Origin: Heterodontus francisci
Taxonomy: Eukaryota
Length of the DNA stretch: 64,000 nt
Assembly: GCF_036365525.1 (NCBI RefSeq)
Contig: NC_090399.1
Span: 53,848,430 to 53,912,429 of the forward strand
Direction: 5' to 3'
The first letter of the stretch is position 1. Every line of letters starts with the position of its first letter. Shown here one piece after another: positions 13,101 through 25,304 of this stretch. The translations under genes and the position numbers were made by a program. Below the pieces are notes generated by a model. The model saw nothing but the letters and a program-made list of their open reading frames with translations, was not told where the DNA came from and did no database searches.

Positions 13101-16100
13101 TCAGTTCCCCATTCCCTTCTCCCTGTTTATTTACTGATCCCAGTGTCCTGGCCTAAGTTCCCCATTCCCTTCTCCCTGTTTATTTACTGATCCCAGTTTC
13201 CTGGCCTCAGATCCCCATTCCCTCCTCTTTCTTTGTTTAATGATTCCAGTATCCTGGCCTCAGTTCCCCATTCCCTACTGCCAGTTTATGTAATGATCCC
13301 AGTGTCCTGGCCTCCGTTCCACATTCCCTTCCCCCTGATTATTTACTGATCCCAGTGTCCTGGCCTCAGTTCTCCATCCCCTTCTCCCTGTTTATTTAAT
13401 GATCCCAGTGTCCTGGCCTCAGTTCCCCATTCCCTTCTCCCGGTTTATTTACTGATCCCAGTGTCCTGGCCTCAGTTCCCCATTCCCTTCTCCCTGTTTA
13501 TTTAATGATCCCAGTGTCCTGGCCTCAGTTCCCCATTCCCTTCTCCCTGTTTATTTACTGATCCCAGTATCCTGGCATCAGTTCCCCATTCCCTTCTCCC
13601 TGTTTATTTACTGATCCCAGTATCCTGGCCTCAGTTCCCCATCCCCTTCTCCCTGTTTATTTAATAATCCCTGTGTCCTGGCCTCAGTTCCCTTCCCCTT
13701 CTCCCTGTTTATTTACTGATCCCAGTGACCTGGCATGAGTTCCCCATTCCCTTCTCCCTATTTACTTTTTGATCCCAGTGTACAGGCCTCAGTTCCCCAT
13801 TCCCTTCTCCCTGTTTATTTACTGATCCCAGTATCCTGACCTCAGTTCTCCATCCCCTTCTCCCTGTTTATTTAATGATCCAAGTGTCTTGGCCTCAGTT
13901 CCCTTCCCGTTTTCCCTGTTTATTTACTGATGCCAGTGTCCTGGCCTCAGTTCCCCATTCCCTTCTCCCTGTTTATTTACTGATCCCAGTGTCCTGGCCT
14001 AAGTTCCCCATTCCCTTCTCCCTGTTTATTTACTGATCCCAGTTTCCAGGCCTCAGATCCCCATTCCCTCCTCTTTCTTTGTTTAATGATTCCAGTGTCC
14101 TGGCCTCAGTTCCCCATTCCCTACTGCCAGTTTATGTAATGATCCCAGTGTCCTGGCCTCCGTTCCACATTCCCTTCCCCCTGATTATTTACTGATCCCA
14201 GTGTCCTGGCCTCAGTTCTCCATCCCCTTCTCCCTGTTTATTTAATGATCCCAGTGTCCTGGCCTCCGTTCCACATTCCCTTCCCCCTGATTATTTACTG
14301 ATCCCAGTGTCCTGGCCTCAGTTCTCCATCCCCTTCTCCCTGTTTATTTAATGATCCCAGTGTCCTGGCCTCAGTTCCCCATTCCATTTTCCCAGTTTAT
14401 TTACTGATCCCAGTGTCCTGGCCTCAGTTCCCCATTCCCTTCTCCCTGTTTATATAATGATCCCATTGTCCTGGCCTCAGTTTCCCATTCCGTTCTCCAT
14501 GTGTATATAATGATTCCAGTGTCCTGGCCTCAGTTCCCCATTCCCTTCCCCCTGTTTATTTAATGATCCCAGTGTCCTGGCCTCAGTTCCTTTCCCCTTC
14601 TCCCTGTTTATTTACTGATCCCAGTGTCCTGGCCTCAGTTCCCCATTCCCTTCTCCCTGTTTATTTAATGATCCCAGTGTCCTAGCCTCAGTTCTCTTCC
14701 CCTGCTCCCTGTTTATTTACTGGTCCCAGTGTCCTGGCCTCAGTTCCCCATTCCCTTCTCCCTGTTTATATAATGATCCCAGTGTCCTGGCCTCAGTTCC
14801 CCATTCCCTTCTCCCTGTTTATTTACTGATCCCAGTTTCCTGGCCTAAGGTCCCCATTCCCTTCTCCCTCTTTATTTACTGATCCCATTGTCCTGGCCTC
14901 AGTACCCCATTCACTTCTGCCTGTTCGTGTAATGATCCCAGTGTCCTGGCCTCAGTTCTCCATCCCCTTCTCCCTGTTTATTTACTGATCCCAGAATCCT
15001 GGCCTCAGATCCCCATTCCCTTCTCCCTGTTTATATACTGATCATAGTGTCCTGGCCTCAGTTCCCTTCCCCTTCTCCCAGTTTATTTACTGATCCAAGG
15101 TCCTGGCCTCAGTTCCCCATTCCCTACTGCCTGTTTATTTACTGATCCCAGTGTCCTGGCCTAAGTTCCCTTCAGCTTCTCCCTCTTTAGTTACTGATCC
15201 CAGTGTCCTGGCCTCAATTCCCCATTCCCTTCTCCCTGTTTATTTACTGATCCCAGTGTCCTGGCCTCAGTTCCCCATTCCCTTCTCCCTGTTTATTTAC
15301 TGATCCCAGTATCCTGGCATCAGTTCCCCATTCCCTTCTCCCTGTTTATTTACTGATCCCAGTATCCAGGCCTCAGTTCCCCATCCCCTTCTCCCTGTCT
15401 ATTTAATAATCCCAGTGTCCTGGCCTCATTTCACTTCCCTTCTCCCTGTTTATTTACTGATCCCAGTGATCTGGCATGAGTTCCCCATTCCCTTCTCCCT
15501 ATTTACTTTTTGATCCCAGTGTACAGGCCTCAGTTCCCCATTCCCTTCTCCCTGTTTATTTACTGATCCCAGTATCCTGACCTCAGTTCTCCATCCCCTT
15601 CTCCCTGTTTATATACTGATCCCAGTGTCCTGGCCTCAGTTCCCCATTCCCTTCCCCCTGTTTATTTAATGATCCTAGTGTCCTGGCCTCAGTTCCTTTC
15701 CCCTTCTCCCTGTTTATTTACTGATCCCAGTGTCCTGGCCTCAGTTCCCCATTCCCCTCTCCCTGTTTATTTAATGATCCCAGTGTCCTGGCCTCAGTTC
15801 CCTTCCCCTGCTCCCTGTTTATTTACTGATCCCAGTGTCCTGGCCTCAGTTCCCCATTCCCTTCTCCCTGTTTATATAATGATCCCAGTGTCCTGGCCTC
15901 AGTTCCCCATTCCCTTCTCCCTGTTTATTTTATGAACCCAGTGTCCTGGCCTCAGTTCCCCATTCCCTTCTCCCTGTTTATTTACTGATCCCAGTGTCCT
16001 GGCCTCAGTTCCCCATTCCCTTCTCCCTGTTTATTTACTGATCCCAGTTTCCTGGCCTAAGGTCCCCATTTCCTTCTCCCTCTTTATTTACTGATCCCAT

Positions 16101-19100
16101 TGTCCTGGCCTCAGTACCCCATTCACTTCTGCCTGTTCGTGTAATGATCCCAGTGTCCTGGCCTCAGTTCTCCATCCCCTTCTCCCTGTTTATTTACTGA
16201 TCCCAGAATCCTGGCCTCAGTTCCCCATTCCCTTCTCCCTGTTTATATACTGATCCCAGTGTCCTGGCCTCAGTTCCATTCCCCTTCTCCCAGTTTATTT
16301 ACTGATCCCAGTGTCCTGGCCTCAGTTCCCCATTCCCCTCTCCCTGTTTATTTACTGATCAGAGTGTGCTGGCCTCAGTTCCCCATTCCCTACTGCCTGT
16401 TTATTTACTGATCCCAGTGTCCTCGCCTAAGTTCCCTTCCCCTTCTCCCTCTTTAGTTACTGATCCCAGTGTCCTGGCCTCAGTTCCCCATTCCCTTCTC
16501 CCTGTTTATTTCCTGATCCCAGTGTCCTGGCCTCAGTTCCCCATTCCCTTCTCCCTGTTTATTTACTGATCCCAGTATCCTGGCATCAGTTCCCCATTCC
16601 CTTCTCCTGTTTATTTACTGATCCCAGCATCCTGGCCTCAGTTCCCCATCCCCTTCTCCCTGTTTATTTAATAATCCCAGTGTCCTGGCCTCATTTCCCT
16701 TCCCCTTCTCCCTGTTTATTTACTGATCCCAGTGATCTGGCATGAGTTCCCCATTCCCTTCTCCCTATTTACTTTTTGATCCCAGTGTACAGGCCTCAGT
16801 TCCCCATTCCCTTCTCCCTGTTTATTTTATGAACCCAGTGTCCTGGCCTCAGTTCCCCATTCCCTTCTCCCTGTTTATTTACTGATCCCAGTGTCCTGGC
16901 CTCAGTTCCCCATTCCCTTCTCCCTGTTTATTTACTGATCCCAGTGATCTGGCATGAGTTCCCCATTCCCTTCTCCCTATTTACTTTTTGATCCCAGTGT
17001 ACAGGCCTCAGTTCCCCATTCCCTTCTCCCTGTTTATTTACTGATCCCAGTATCCTGACCTCAGTTCTCCATCCCCTTCTCCCTGTTTATATACTGATCC
17101 CAGTGTCCTGGCCTCAGTTCCCCATTCCCTTCCCCCTGTTTATTTAATGATCCTAGTGTCCTGGCCTCAGTTCCTTTCCCCTTCTCCCTGTTTATTTACT
17201 GATCCCAGTGTCCTGGCCTCAGTTCCCCATTCCCCTCTCCCTGTTTATTTAATGATCCCAGTGTCCTGGCCTCAGTTCCCTTCCCCTGCTCCCTGTTTAT
17301 TTACTGGTCCCAGTGTCCTGGCCTCAGTTCCCCATTCCCTTCTCCCTGTTTATATAATGATCCCAGTGTCCTGGCCTCAGTTCCCCATTCCCTTCTCCCT
17401 GTTTATTTACTGGTCCCAGTGTCCTGGCCTCAGTTCCCCATTCCCTTCTCCCTGTTTATTTTATGAACCCAGTGTCCTGGCCTCAGTTCCCCATTCCCTT
17501 CTCCCTGTTTATTTTATGAACCCAGTGTCCTGGCCTCAGTTCCCCATTCCCTTCTCCCTGTTTATATAATGATCCCAGTGTCCTGGCCTCAGTTCCCCAT
17601 TCCCTTCTCCCTGTTTATTTACTGATCCCAGTGTCCTGGCCTCAGTTCCCCATTCCCTTCTCCCTGTTTATTTACTGATCCCAGTTTCCTGGCCTAAGGT
17701 CCCCATTTCCTTCTCCCTCTTTATTTACTGATCCCAGTGTCCTGGCCTCAGTTCCCCATTCCCCTCTCCCTGTTTATTTAATGATCCCAGTGTCCTGGCC
17801 TCAGTTCCCTTCCCCTGCTCCCTGTTTATTTACTGGTCCCAGTGTCCTGGCCTCAGTTCCCCATTCCCTTCTCCCTGTTTATATAATGATCCCAGTGTCC
17901 TGGCCTCAGTTCCCCATTCCCTTCTCCCTGTTTATTTTATGAACCCAGTGTCCTGGCCTCAGTTCCCCATTCCCTTCTCCCTGTTTATTTACTGATCCCA
18001 GTGTCCTGGCCTCAGTTCCCCATTCCCTTCTCCCTGTTTATTTACTGATCCCAGTTTCCTGGCCTAAGGTCCCCATTTCCTTCTCCCTCTTTATTTACTG
18101 ATCCCATTGTCCTGGCCTCAGTTCCCCATTCCCTTCTCCCGGTTTATTTACTGATCCCAGTTTCCTGGCCTCAGTTCTCCATTTCCTTCTCCCTCTTTAT
18201 TTACTGATCCCATTGACCTGGCCTCAGTACCCCATTCACTTCTGCCTGTTCGTGTAATGATCCCAGTGTCCTGGCCTCAGTTCTCCATCCCCTTCTCCCT
18301 CTTTATTTACTGATCCCAGTGTCCTGGCCTCAGTTCCCCATTCCCTTCTCCCGGTTTATTTACTGATCCCAGTTTCCTGGCCTAAGGTCTCCATTTCCTT
18401 CTCCCTCTTTATTTACTGATCCCATTGACCTGGCCTCAGTACCCCATTCACTTCTGCCTGTTCGTGTAATGATCCCAGTGTCCTGGCCTCAGTTCTCCAT
18501 CCCCTTCTCCCTCTTTATTTACTGATCCCAGTGTCCTGGCCTCAGTTCCCCATTCCCTTCTCCCGGTTTATTTACTGATCCCAGTTTCCTGGCCTAAGGT
18601 CTCCATTTCCTTCTCCCTCTTTATTTACTGATCCCATTGACCTGGCCTCAGTACCCCATTCACTTCTGCCTGTTCGTGTAATGATCCCAGTGTCCTGGCC
18701 TCAGTTCTCCATCCCCTTCTCCCTCTTTATTTACTGATTCCATTGACCTGGCCTCAGTACCCCATTCACTTCTGCCTGTTCGTGTAATGATCCCAGTGTC
18801 CTGGCCTCAGTTCTCCATCCCCTTCTCCCTGTTTATTTACTGATCCCAGAATCCTGGCCTCAGTTCCCCATTCCCTTCTCCCTGTTTATATACTGATCCC
18901 AGTGTCCTGGCCTCAGTTCCCTTCCCCTTCTCCCAGTTTATTTACTGATCCCAGTGTCCTGGCCTCAATTCCCCATTCCCTTCCCCCTGTTTATTTACTG
19001 ATCAGAGTGTGCTGGCCTCAGTTCCCCATTCCCTACTGCCTGTTTATTTACTGATCCCAGTGTCCTGGCCTAAGTTCCCTTCCCCTTCTCCCTGTTTAGT

Positions 19101-20461
19101 TACTGATCCCAGTGTCCTGGCCTTAGTTCCCCATTCCCTTCTCCCTGTTTATTTACTGATCCCAGTGTCCTGGCCTCAGTTCCCCAATCCTTTCTCCCTG
19201 TTTATTTACTGATCCCAGTGTCCTGGCCACCGTTCCCCATTCCCTTCTTCCTGTTAATTTAATGATCCCAGTGTCCTGTCCTCAGTTCCCCATTCCCTTC
19301 TCCCTGTTTATTTCATGATCCCAGTGTCCTGGCCTCAGTTCCCTTCCCCTTCTCCCTGTTTATTTACTGATCCGAGTCTCCTGGCCGCAGTCCCCTTCCC
19401 CTTCTCTCTGTTTATTTAATGATCCCAGTGTCCTGGCCTCAGTTCCCTTCCCTTTCTCCCTGTTGATTTTATTTTCCCTGTGTCCTGGCCTCAGTTCCCC
19501 ATTCCCTTCTCTCTGTTTATATACTGATCCCAGTGTCCTGGCCTCAGTTCCCTTCCCCTTCTCCCAGTTTATTTACTGATCCCAGTTTCCTGGCCTCAGT
19601 TCCCCATTCCCTTCCCCCTGTTTATTTACTGATCAGAGTGTGCTGGCCTCAGTTCCCCATTCCCTTCTCCCTGTTTATTTACTGATCCCAGTGTCCTGGC
19701 CTCAGTTCCCCAATCCTTTCTCCCTGTTTATTTACTGATCCCAGTGTCCTGGCCACCGTTCCCCATTCCCTTCTTCCTGTTAATTTAATGATCCCAGTGT
19801 CCTGTCCTCAGTTCCCCATTCCCTTCTCCCTGTTTATTTCATGATCCCAGTGTCCTGGCCTCAGTTCCCTTCCCCTTCTCCCTGTTTATTTACTGATCCG
19901 AGTCTCCTGGCCGCAGTTCCCTTCCCCTTCTCTCTGTTTATATACTGATCCCAGTGTCCTGGCCTCAGTTCCCTTCCCTTCTCCCTGTTGATTTTATTTT
20001 CCCTGTGTCCTGGCCTCAGTTCCCCATTCCCTTCTCCCTGTTTATTTAATGATCCCAGAGTCCTGGCCACAGTTCCCCATTCCCCTTCTCCCTTTTTATA
20101 TGCTGATCCCAGTGTCCTGGCCTCAGTTCCCCATCCCCTTCTCCCTGTTTATTTAATAATCCCAGTGTCCTGGCCTCATTTCCCTTCCTCTTCTCCCTGT
20201 TTATTTACTGATCACAGTGTCCTGGCCTGAGTTCCCCATTCCCTTCTCCCTGTTTATTTACTGATCCCAGTATCCTGGCCTCAGTTCCCTTCCCCTTCTC
20301 CCTGTTTGTCTACTGATCCCAGTGTCCTGGCCTCAGTTCCCCATTCCGTTCTTCCTGTTTATTTACTGATCCCAGTGTCCTGGCCTCAGTTCCCCATTCC
20401 CCTCTCCCTGTTTATTTAATGATCCCAGTGTCCTGGCCTCAGTTCCCCATTCCCTTCTCCC

Positions 20462-20700
20462 TGTCTATTTACTGATCCCTGTGCCCTTTCCTCAGCTTCC
20501 TTTTCCATTCCAGCTGTTGATCACCCTGTGTATATAGGATGCCTTACATATGTCCTTAGCGTACCCTGAACTGGTGTCACTGAATGTATTATTTGGGAGT
20601 GATGTACTCGGCCCTGTTAGTACCTTATGTTTTTCTGTAAGTTCCCTTCTGTTTGAGGCTGAAGATTCCAGAGTCATAGCTTTGGACCTGCTGCAAAGCT
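20462..20700 (-). mobile_element. Old CR1-type LINE fragment (ORF2 C-terminus) abutting the 53-bp array
   Basis: Minus-strand translations give GIFSLKQK (cf. LGLFSLEKRR) and HRVINSWNG (cf. RVVNxWNxLP), in the order expected for CR1. Confidence 0.65.
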
Positions 20701-20850
20701 CCATTCAGCCTCAGTGCTGTCAGTCACTCCTTTAAACAGGGCTCACTGCTTCCAGAAGTGTCTTCCCACTGCACTGTTACTCAGTATTGGGATCCAGGAT
20801 CTCACAGGACACTAAAAGCAGCAACTCAAGTGAATATAGCCCTGAAAAAA

Positions 20851-21224
20851 GGTAATAGGATCAATTCCCATTCCAGAGGCTTGAGCACGTAATCCAGGCT
20901 ATCACACCGTGCATTACTGAAGGAGTGCCTCACTGTTGGATGTGCTGACTTTCGGGTGAGATTTTAACCTGAGGACTCGTCACTATTTTGAGAGGAGCAA
21001 GGGAGTTATCCCGACATTAAACGCTCAACCAACATCACTAAAAGGCAGATTATCTATCATTATCACATTGTTGTTTGTGGGAGCTTGCTGTGCACAAATT
21101 TGCTGCCTCAATTTCCTACATTACACCAGTGACGACACTTCAAAAGTAATTCATTGACTGTGACGTTATTTGCGACATCCTGAGTTTGTGAAAGTTCTGA
21201 TAAAAATGCAAACCTTTCTTTTTT
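20851..21224 (+). mobile_element. DeuSINE (SacSINE1/AmnSINE1-related), 5'-truncated with internal deletions
   Basis: Contains CTTGAGCACGTAATCCAGGCT, TCAACCAACATCACTAAAAGGCAGATTATC and CATTATCACATTGTTGTTTGTGGGAGCTTGCTGTGCACAAATT. Ends in an L2-like tail AAATGCAAACCTTTCTTT. Confidence 0.8.
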
Positions 21225-21239
21225 GGGGGTTTGTGCCCA

Positions 21240-21782
21240 AAGATATAGGAGGTACAAGTTGAGATGTAATGGTAAATTGAGTAAGACCACAGTTGCAGTA
21301 CTATGTGCAGTATTGGGCTCCACACAATAGGAAGGATCTTGAGACAATAGAGAGGGTTAAGCACAGACGCACTGGAATGCTGCCTGGTACGAGGAAAAAC
21401 AGATAAGAAGGAAGACGCGAAACATTGAGGCTGTTTTCACTAGAACAGAGGAGATTATGAGATGTTTAAACAGACTGTTATGAGTGATTGAGTGTGTGGA
21501 GCAAGGGAACTTCAGTGTAAGAGTCCTCGGACCGAAAGCAGAGAAACATATTTACATAGAGGCTTGTTAGCCTGTGGGATGTAGTACCTGAGTTAGTGAT
21601 TGAAGTGCAGATCATGTCAACATTTAACAATAGGTTAGATAGATGGTTGAAGGGAAGTGGGAAATGAGGAAATAGGGACAGCATGGACACATGGGAATTA
21701 GGACCAAATGTCAACATGGACAGCTTGGGCCGAGTGGCCTGGTTTCTGTTTGTGATTTCTGTGGACATTCTATGTAATATGT
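21240..21782 (+). mobile_element. CR1 LINE 3' fragment (degenerate ORF2 C-terminus plus 3' UTR)
   Basis: Translates VRPQLQYYVQYWAPHNRKDLETIERV...LRLFSLEQRRL. The 3' end has the GGGCCGAGTGGCCT stem-loop and a (TTCTATG)-like tail. Confidence 0.85.
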
Positions 21783-22458
21783 TAAAGCAAAACTCCTGTG
21801 TGATCCCATGTTATTTGTGTTATTGTCTTCAACCAGTCTGAAAATTACTGCCCTGTAATATAAGATCAGACTGAAAGCTATGGGGATCTGGGAACTGGCA
21901 GCTGCCAAACTAAACCCACCGCCTGAATTGTGTCTCAGAAATTGCTGTTCATACTCTGATTTCGGCATTCTTAAAATTATAGTTGTTATGACCAGGTGAG
22001 AAAGAGTTCTAGGGTTCCCTTTCAGCCTTCACCTGGTCTTACTGTAACAGGGTTTTATTTTAAACACAGTGTGTTTTTATTTACCCCTTGGTGAATCCTT
22101 GTTCACCGCTTTCCAATTATAAGGTAAAGAAACCAGCAGAAACAGGCTTTCTTAGGTTTAAAGAAGAAAGGTGAAATTTCATTAAACTTAAACTCTAATT
22201 CGATTAACGCCTCTGGATAGACGACACGCTCACGCTAGCATGCATATATGATACACACATGCAAATAGTGTCAGAAAAGGGCAGAAGAAAGAAATAAAGT
22301 AGAGAGGTTTGAGGCAATGTCTGAAGTGTTGTTGTTACAGTTCTTCGAGTTTACTGTTGGGTTCTTTTGTAGGTAGATCTTGCTTTTCGTTGGGGCCCAG
22401 TATTATTCTTAAACCTTGTTCACTGTAGGAGACTTTTCTATCTTGGGGTTCATGTGTC

Positions 22459-22568
22459 ATTGAGTCATAGAGTCATACAGCATAGAAACAGACCCTTTGG
22501 CCCTCCGCGTCCATGCCGACCATAATGCCTATCTATACTGATCCCACCTGCCTGCATTAATTCCATTA
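22459..22568 (-). mobile_element. 110-bp 5'-truncated CR1/HER1-type 3' end with a 7-bp TSD
   Basis: ATGTGTC at 22452-22458 and 22569-22575 flanks a tail repeat GAGTCATAGAGTCATA and CAGCATAGAAACAGACCCTTTGGCCC. Confidence 0.75.
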
Positions 22569-22679
22569 ATGTGTCTTCAATGGTTTTTTGGAGTTCCATG
22601 AGAAAGAGATGGGAGCAGACAGGAGAGGAGGTCTGCTTCAGTCCAGGAGCAAATAGCTTTCTGCCCGTTCAAACACTGT

Positions 22680-23436
22680 GGCTGGAATTTAACGGCACCC
22701 CAATGAGCCAGATGGTGGCAGCAGGGGGTGGGGTGGCGTAAAATTGAGCGGGAGGCTCCGGGAGGCCTTCCCGGCCCACTCCCGCCTCCACCCCACTTTA
22801 CGTGGGCAGGGATGGTCGGGGGGGGTGCGAGAAATGGGCTGCCCACCCCAGGCCAATCAAGGCCCTTAAATGGCCACTTAACAGCCACTTAAGGGCCTTT
22901 GCCCGCCTCCACGGGGATTTTACCTATGGCAAGCAGGCATCCAGGAGAAATGAAAGGCCACCCAGTGAAACCTGGCAGCCTCTCAGCGTACCATTGGGGG
23001 TGGGCCATGACAATCAGGCACAGGGTGTCCAATTGAAGGCTGCCCCCACTTCTCCAACCACCCCCAGGACCCGAGACGCCACCCTTTCCCCCAAACGACC
23101 ACCTTTGCCTCACCGGGGCACGACCAATTACCCCGGCAAGGCAACCCTAACTTACCTGTAGCCTTGGCTCCATGTCCTCGGCTGGGCTGCAGTCCCAGAA
23201 GTGGCCACCACTCCCGGTGGTGCTGCTGGGACTAAGAGCTGCCGGTCCGATGATTGCCCAGCAGCTCAATGAGGTGGGACTTCCTCCCTCAAGCGGCTGG
23301 AAGTCCCGCCTCAGAACAATTGAAGCCCAGGGACCCATAAAACAGGGAACGGATCCCCCAGCTAGGCGGGAGCGGGTCTGCCACCGACCTTTACACTGGT
23401 GGCCAGCTCCTATCTGCCTGATACAAAATCCAGCCC
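22680..23436. mobile_element. Non-autonomous DNA transposon/MITE (PIF/Harbinger-like)
   Basis: TIRs GGCTGGAATTT / AAAATCCAGCCC, possible 3-bp TSD TGT, GC-rich interior, no transposase ORF. Confidence 0.65.
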
Positions 23437-23969
23437 TGTCTCCAATTTAAAACTCTCAGTTCAAACTCTGCCACAGCCAATTAGCCATGTGACTAACTGG
23501 TCTGACCACATCTTTTTGTGGATTGAATTGGAACGGGGAGTGGCTTCTTTGTCTGCAAGCCTGTCTGGTAATATGCAAAAATGTCTTTCTAGCCAGGGGC
23601 CTGGCAACCCCTAGTGTCCGGCCTTCTCTTCTGCCCAGCAACAATTTGAAATGTAATGCCTATGTGGTGAAATTAATATGCCTCATTCTTGGCATTTGAA
23701 GCCTGCATGATAAAGTCCATTTTTTGCACACTCTTGTCTCAGGACATGGAGCCCATTAGTTACTGTGATTATGAAAGTTTCATTAAAATGACTTCAGGAC
23801 CAAGCAATGGATCCCAATTCTTGATCCGCCCCTCACTCCCAGGCTGATGTTTGGATATTACAAACTTTAGCCCAGCCCTAGAGTGATGTGAATCGGCCCA
23901 TGAAATATTTCAAACACGAGGGCGTTTTCCATAAAAATTCCTGCACCGAAACCCGCCAATCGGCCCAGT

Positions 23970-24075
23970 AGATCCATGTCATTGTTTATGCTCCACACAA
24001 GCCTCCTCCCACTCTACTTCATCTGATGCTGTTGGAATAACCTTCTATTCCTCACTGCTTTCTGTCCCTTAGCAA
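23970..24075 (-). mobile_element. Short CR1 3'-UTR fragment
   Basis: TGTTTATGCTCCACACAAGCCTCCTCCCACTCTACTTCATC...CCTTCTATTCCT resembles the reverse complement of shark CR1 3' ends, as recalled. Confidence 0.45.
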
Positions 24076-25304
24076 ATTTTGTATTCATGTTGCCACTGTC
24101 CCTATTATTGACAAAGAGGGTGATATCTGCTTAGAGGCACAAGGCTGAAGTTATCAGGAAAGTCAGGTAATTGCATCAAAACCACTGCAAAGAATAAGAA
24201 AATAAACTGGATGGGCTGTTTGTCAACAACCTAGGCATTGAATGAGGAAACAACGAAGGCTGGGTTAGGTGACACCGCAACTGCAGAAGGAACACTTCCC
24301 ACCCAGGCCCAGTTGCAGCGCCTGTGACGTCAAAGCCAGTGACATCCAAGGCAGCTGCCTGCATGAAAGATGGCACAGATCATCACAGAGTCCTCCCAGG
24401 CCAGCACAAAGGAGCTCGGAGGACTGAGAGGGGAGGGCACCTCTCGACAGGGGTCTCATCGTTGAAATCGCAGCTGCCAGGAGGTGGGTGCGGCAAAGCA
24501 GAAAGTCCAGATCTCAGTCTTCATTATTCTGTGGATCACTCTGCAGGTTCGTGTTTGTATCCGTTGTTAATAGACCAAATTAAAGCTGGTATCTTGTGGA
24601 GTACGACACTAAAAGCTTTACAACAAAATCTTGTTGGGTGACAATGTTAGCGGTGAGGAGGAGTGGTGACTGTGGTCGGTGCGGTGACTTTGACCTCCTT
24701 TAAAGGACCTCCTTCCACTGTGACAGCACCTCACTTAACCTGAAGTCTCCTCAAGGCAGCAGCTCTGCCAGTAGAGAATGTCTCCTGTCTCCTGGTTGAG
24801 GGACGTTGATGGCAAGGTAATTGGAGCAGCTTAATGGATTCTTCTCATATACAGCAGGCTGGGATGCATTACCCCCTTACAAAAGGCAGCATCCCCGAAA
24901 TTCCTGGGCCGAGAAGGGCCTAAGTTGGGATGTGCACTTCTGCAAGGCGAGGAATTTCCAATGCCCAGGTTTCGTTTGGAACATCAACCTATTTGGGTTC
25001 CGAGACGGCTAAAGACGTGCCTGCCCTCACAGTGACATGCAAATGATGGAGTTAGGACAGGATTTGGTCAGTTGCCACTGCTTAGAAGCTACAGGTTGCC
25101 AGGACCCATTCATCAAGGGAGAAGTACTTTTTTAAAGGGACACTGCTCACTGACATAACTTGGGAGATGTTTGGCCAAGTCTGGGGGCTCACTGTAGCTA
25201 CTGTAAGTGAGTTTCTATGCACAAGCTCCCCCTACAGTCTTCATTACCTGTCGAAAGCATTCTATTTGAAGAGAACTACTAAGCTACAGTCTAAGGGCTG
25301 CTCA

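Larger units (their letters stand above)
1495..13195. repeat. Near-perfect 5899-bp tandem duplication (higher-order repeat) inside the 53-bp array, including a SINE
   Basis: Diagnostic variants and ORFs are all offset by 5899 (1972/7871, 4057/9956, 6251/12150). At least one substitution separates the copies (PSPYLL vs PSTYLL in the ORF track). Confidence 0.93.
1..20512. repeat. 52/53-bp satellite array, about 375 monomers, running off the left edge of the window; consensus TGATCCCAGTGTCCTGGCCTCAGTTCCCCATTCCCTTCTCCCTGTTTATTTAC
   Basis: TTCTCCC recurs at 1, 54 and 107 (period 53). A 52-bp variant (CAGTTCCCTTCCCCTT) is interspersed. The last, degenerate monomer lies at ~20461-20512. Confidence 0.98.
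21984..23712. mobile_element. Probable solo LTR (Gypsy-like), about 860 bp, interrupted by two younger insertions
   Basis: Termini are TGTTATG...CATGATA (degenerate TG..CA inverted ends), flanked by TAGT/AAGT (imperfect 4-bp TSD). The sequence resumes across both inserts. Confidence 0.55.

Noticed and set aside
706-20230. Many 66-140 aa ORFs of the MIPVSWPQF type
   Set aside because: They are translations of the 52/53-bp satellite; the period is not a multiple of 3 and there is no gene structure.
1-20460. 53-mer derived from the DeuSINE core (CCCGGTGTCCTGGCC)
   Set aside because: The match is only about 14 bp; collinearity with the adjoining CR1 explains more of the monomer.
22577-23614. 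Cluster of overlapping ORFs
   Set aside because: They lie in GC-rich MITE and LTR sequence and show no transposase or other domain motifs.
24320-25050. CRE (TGACGTCA, ~24325) and octamer (ATGCAAAT, ~25037) as a promoter
   Set aside because: They are isolated 8-mers with no CpG island or linked gene, and are expected by chance.
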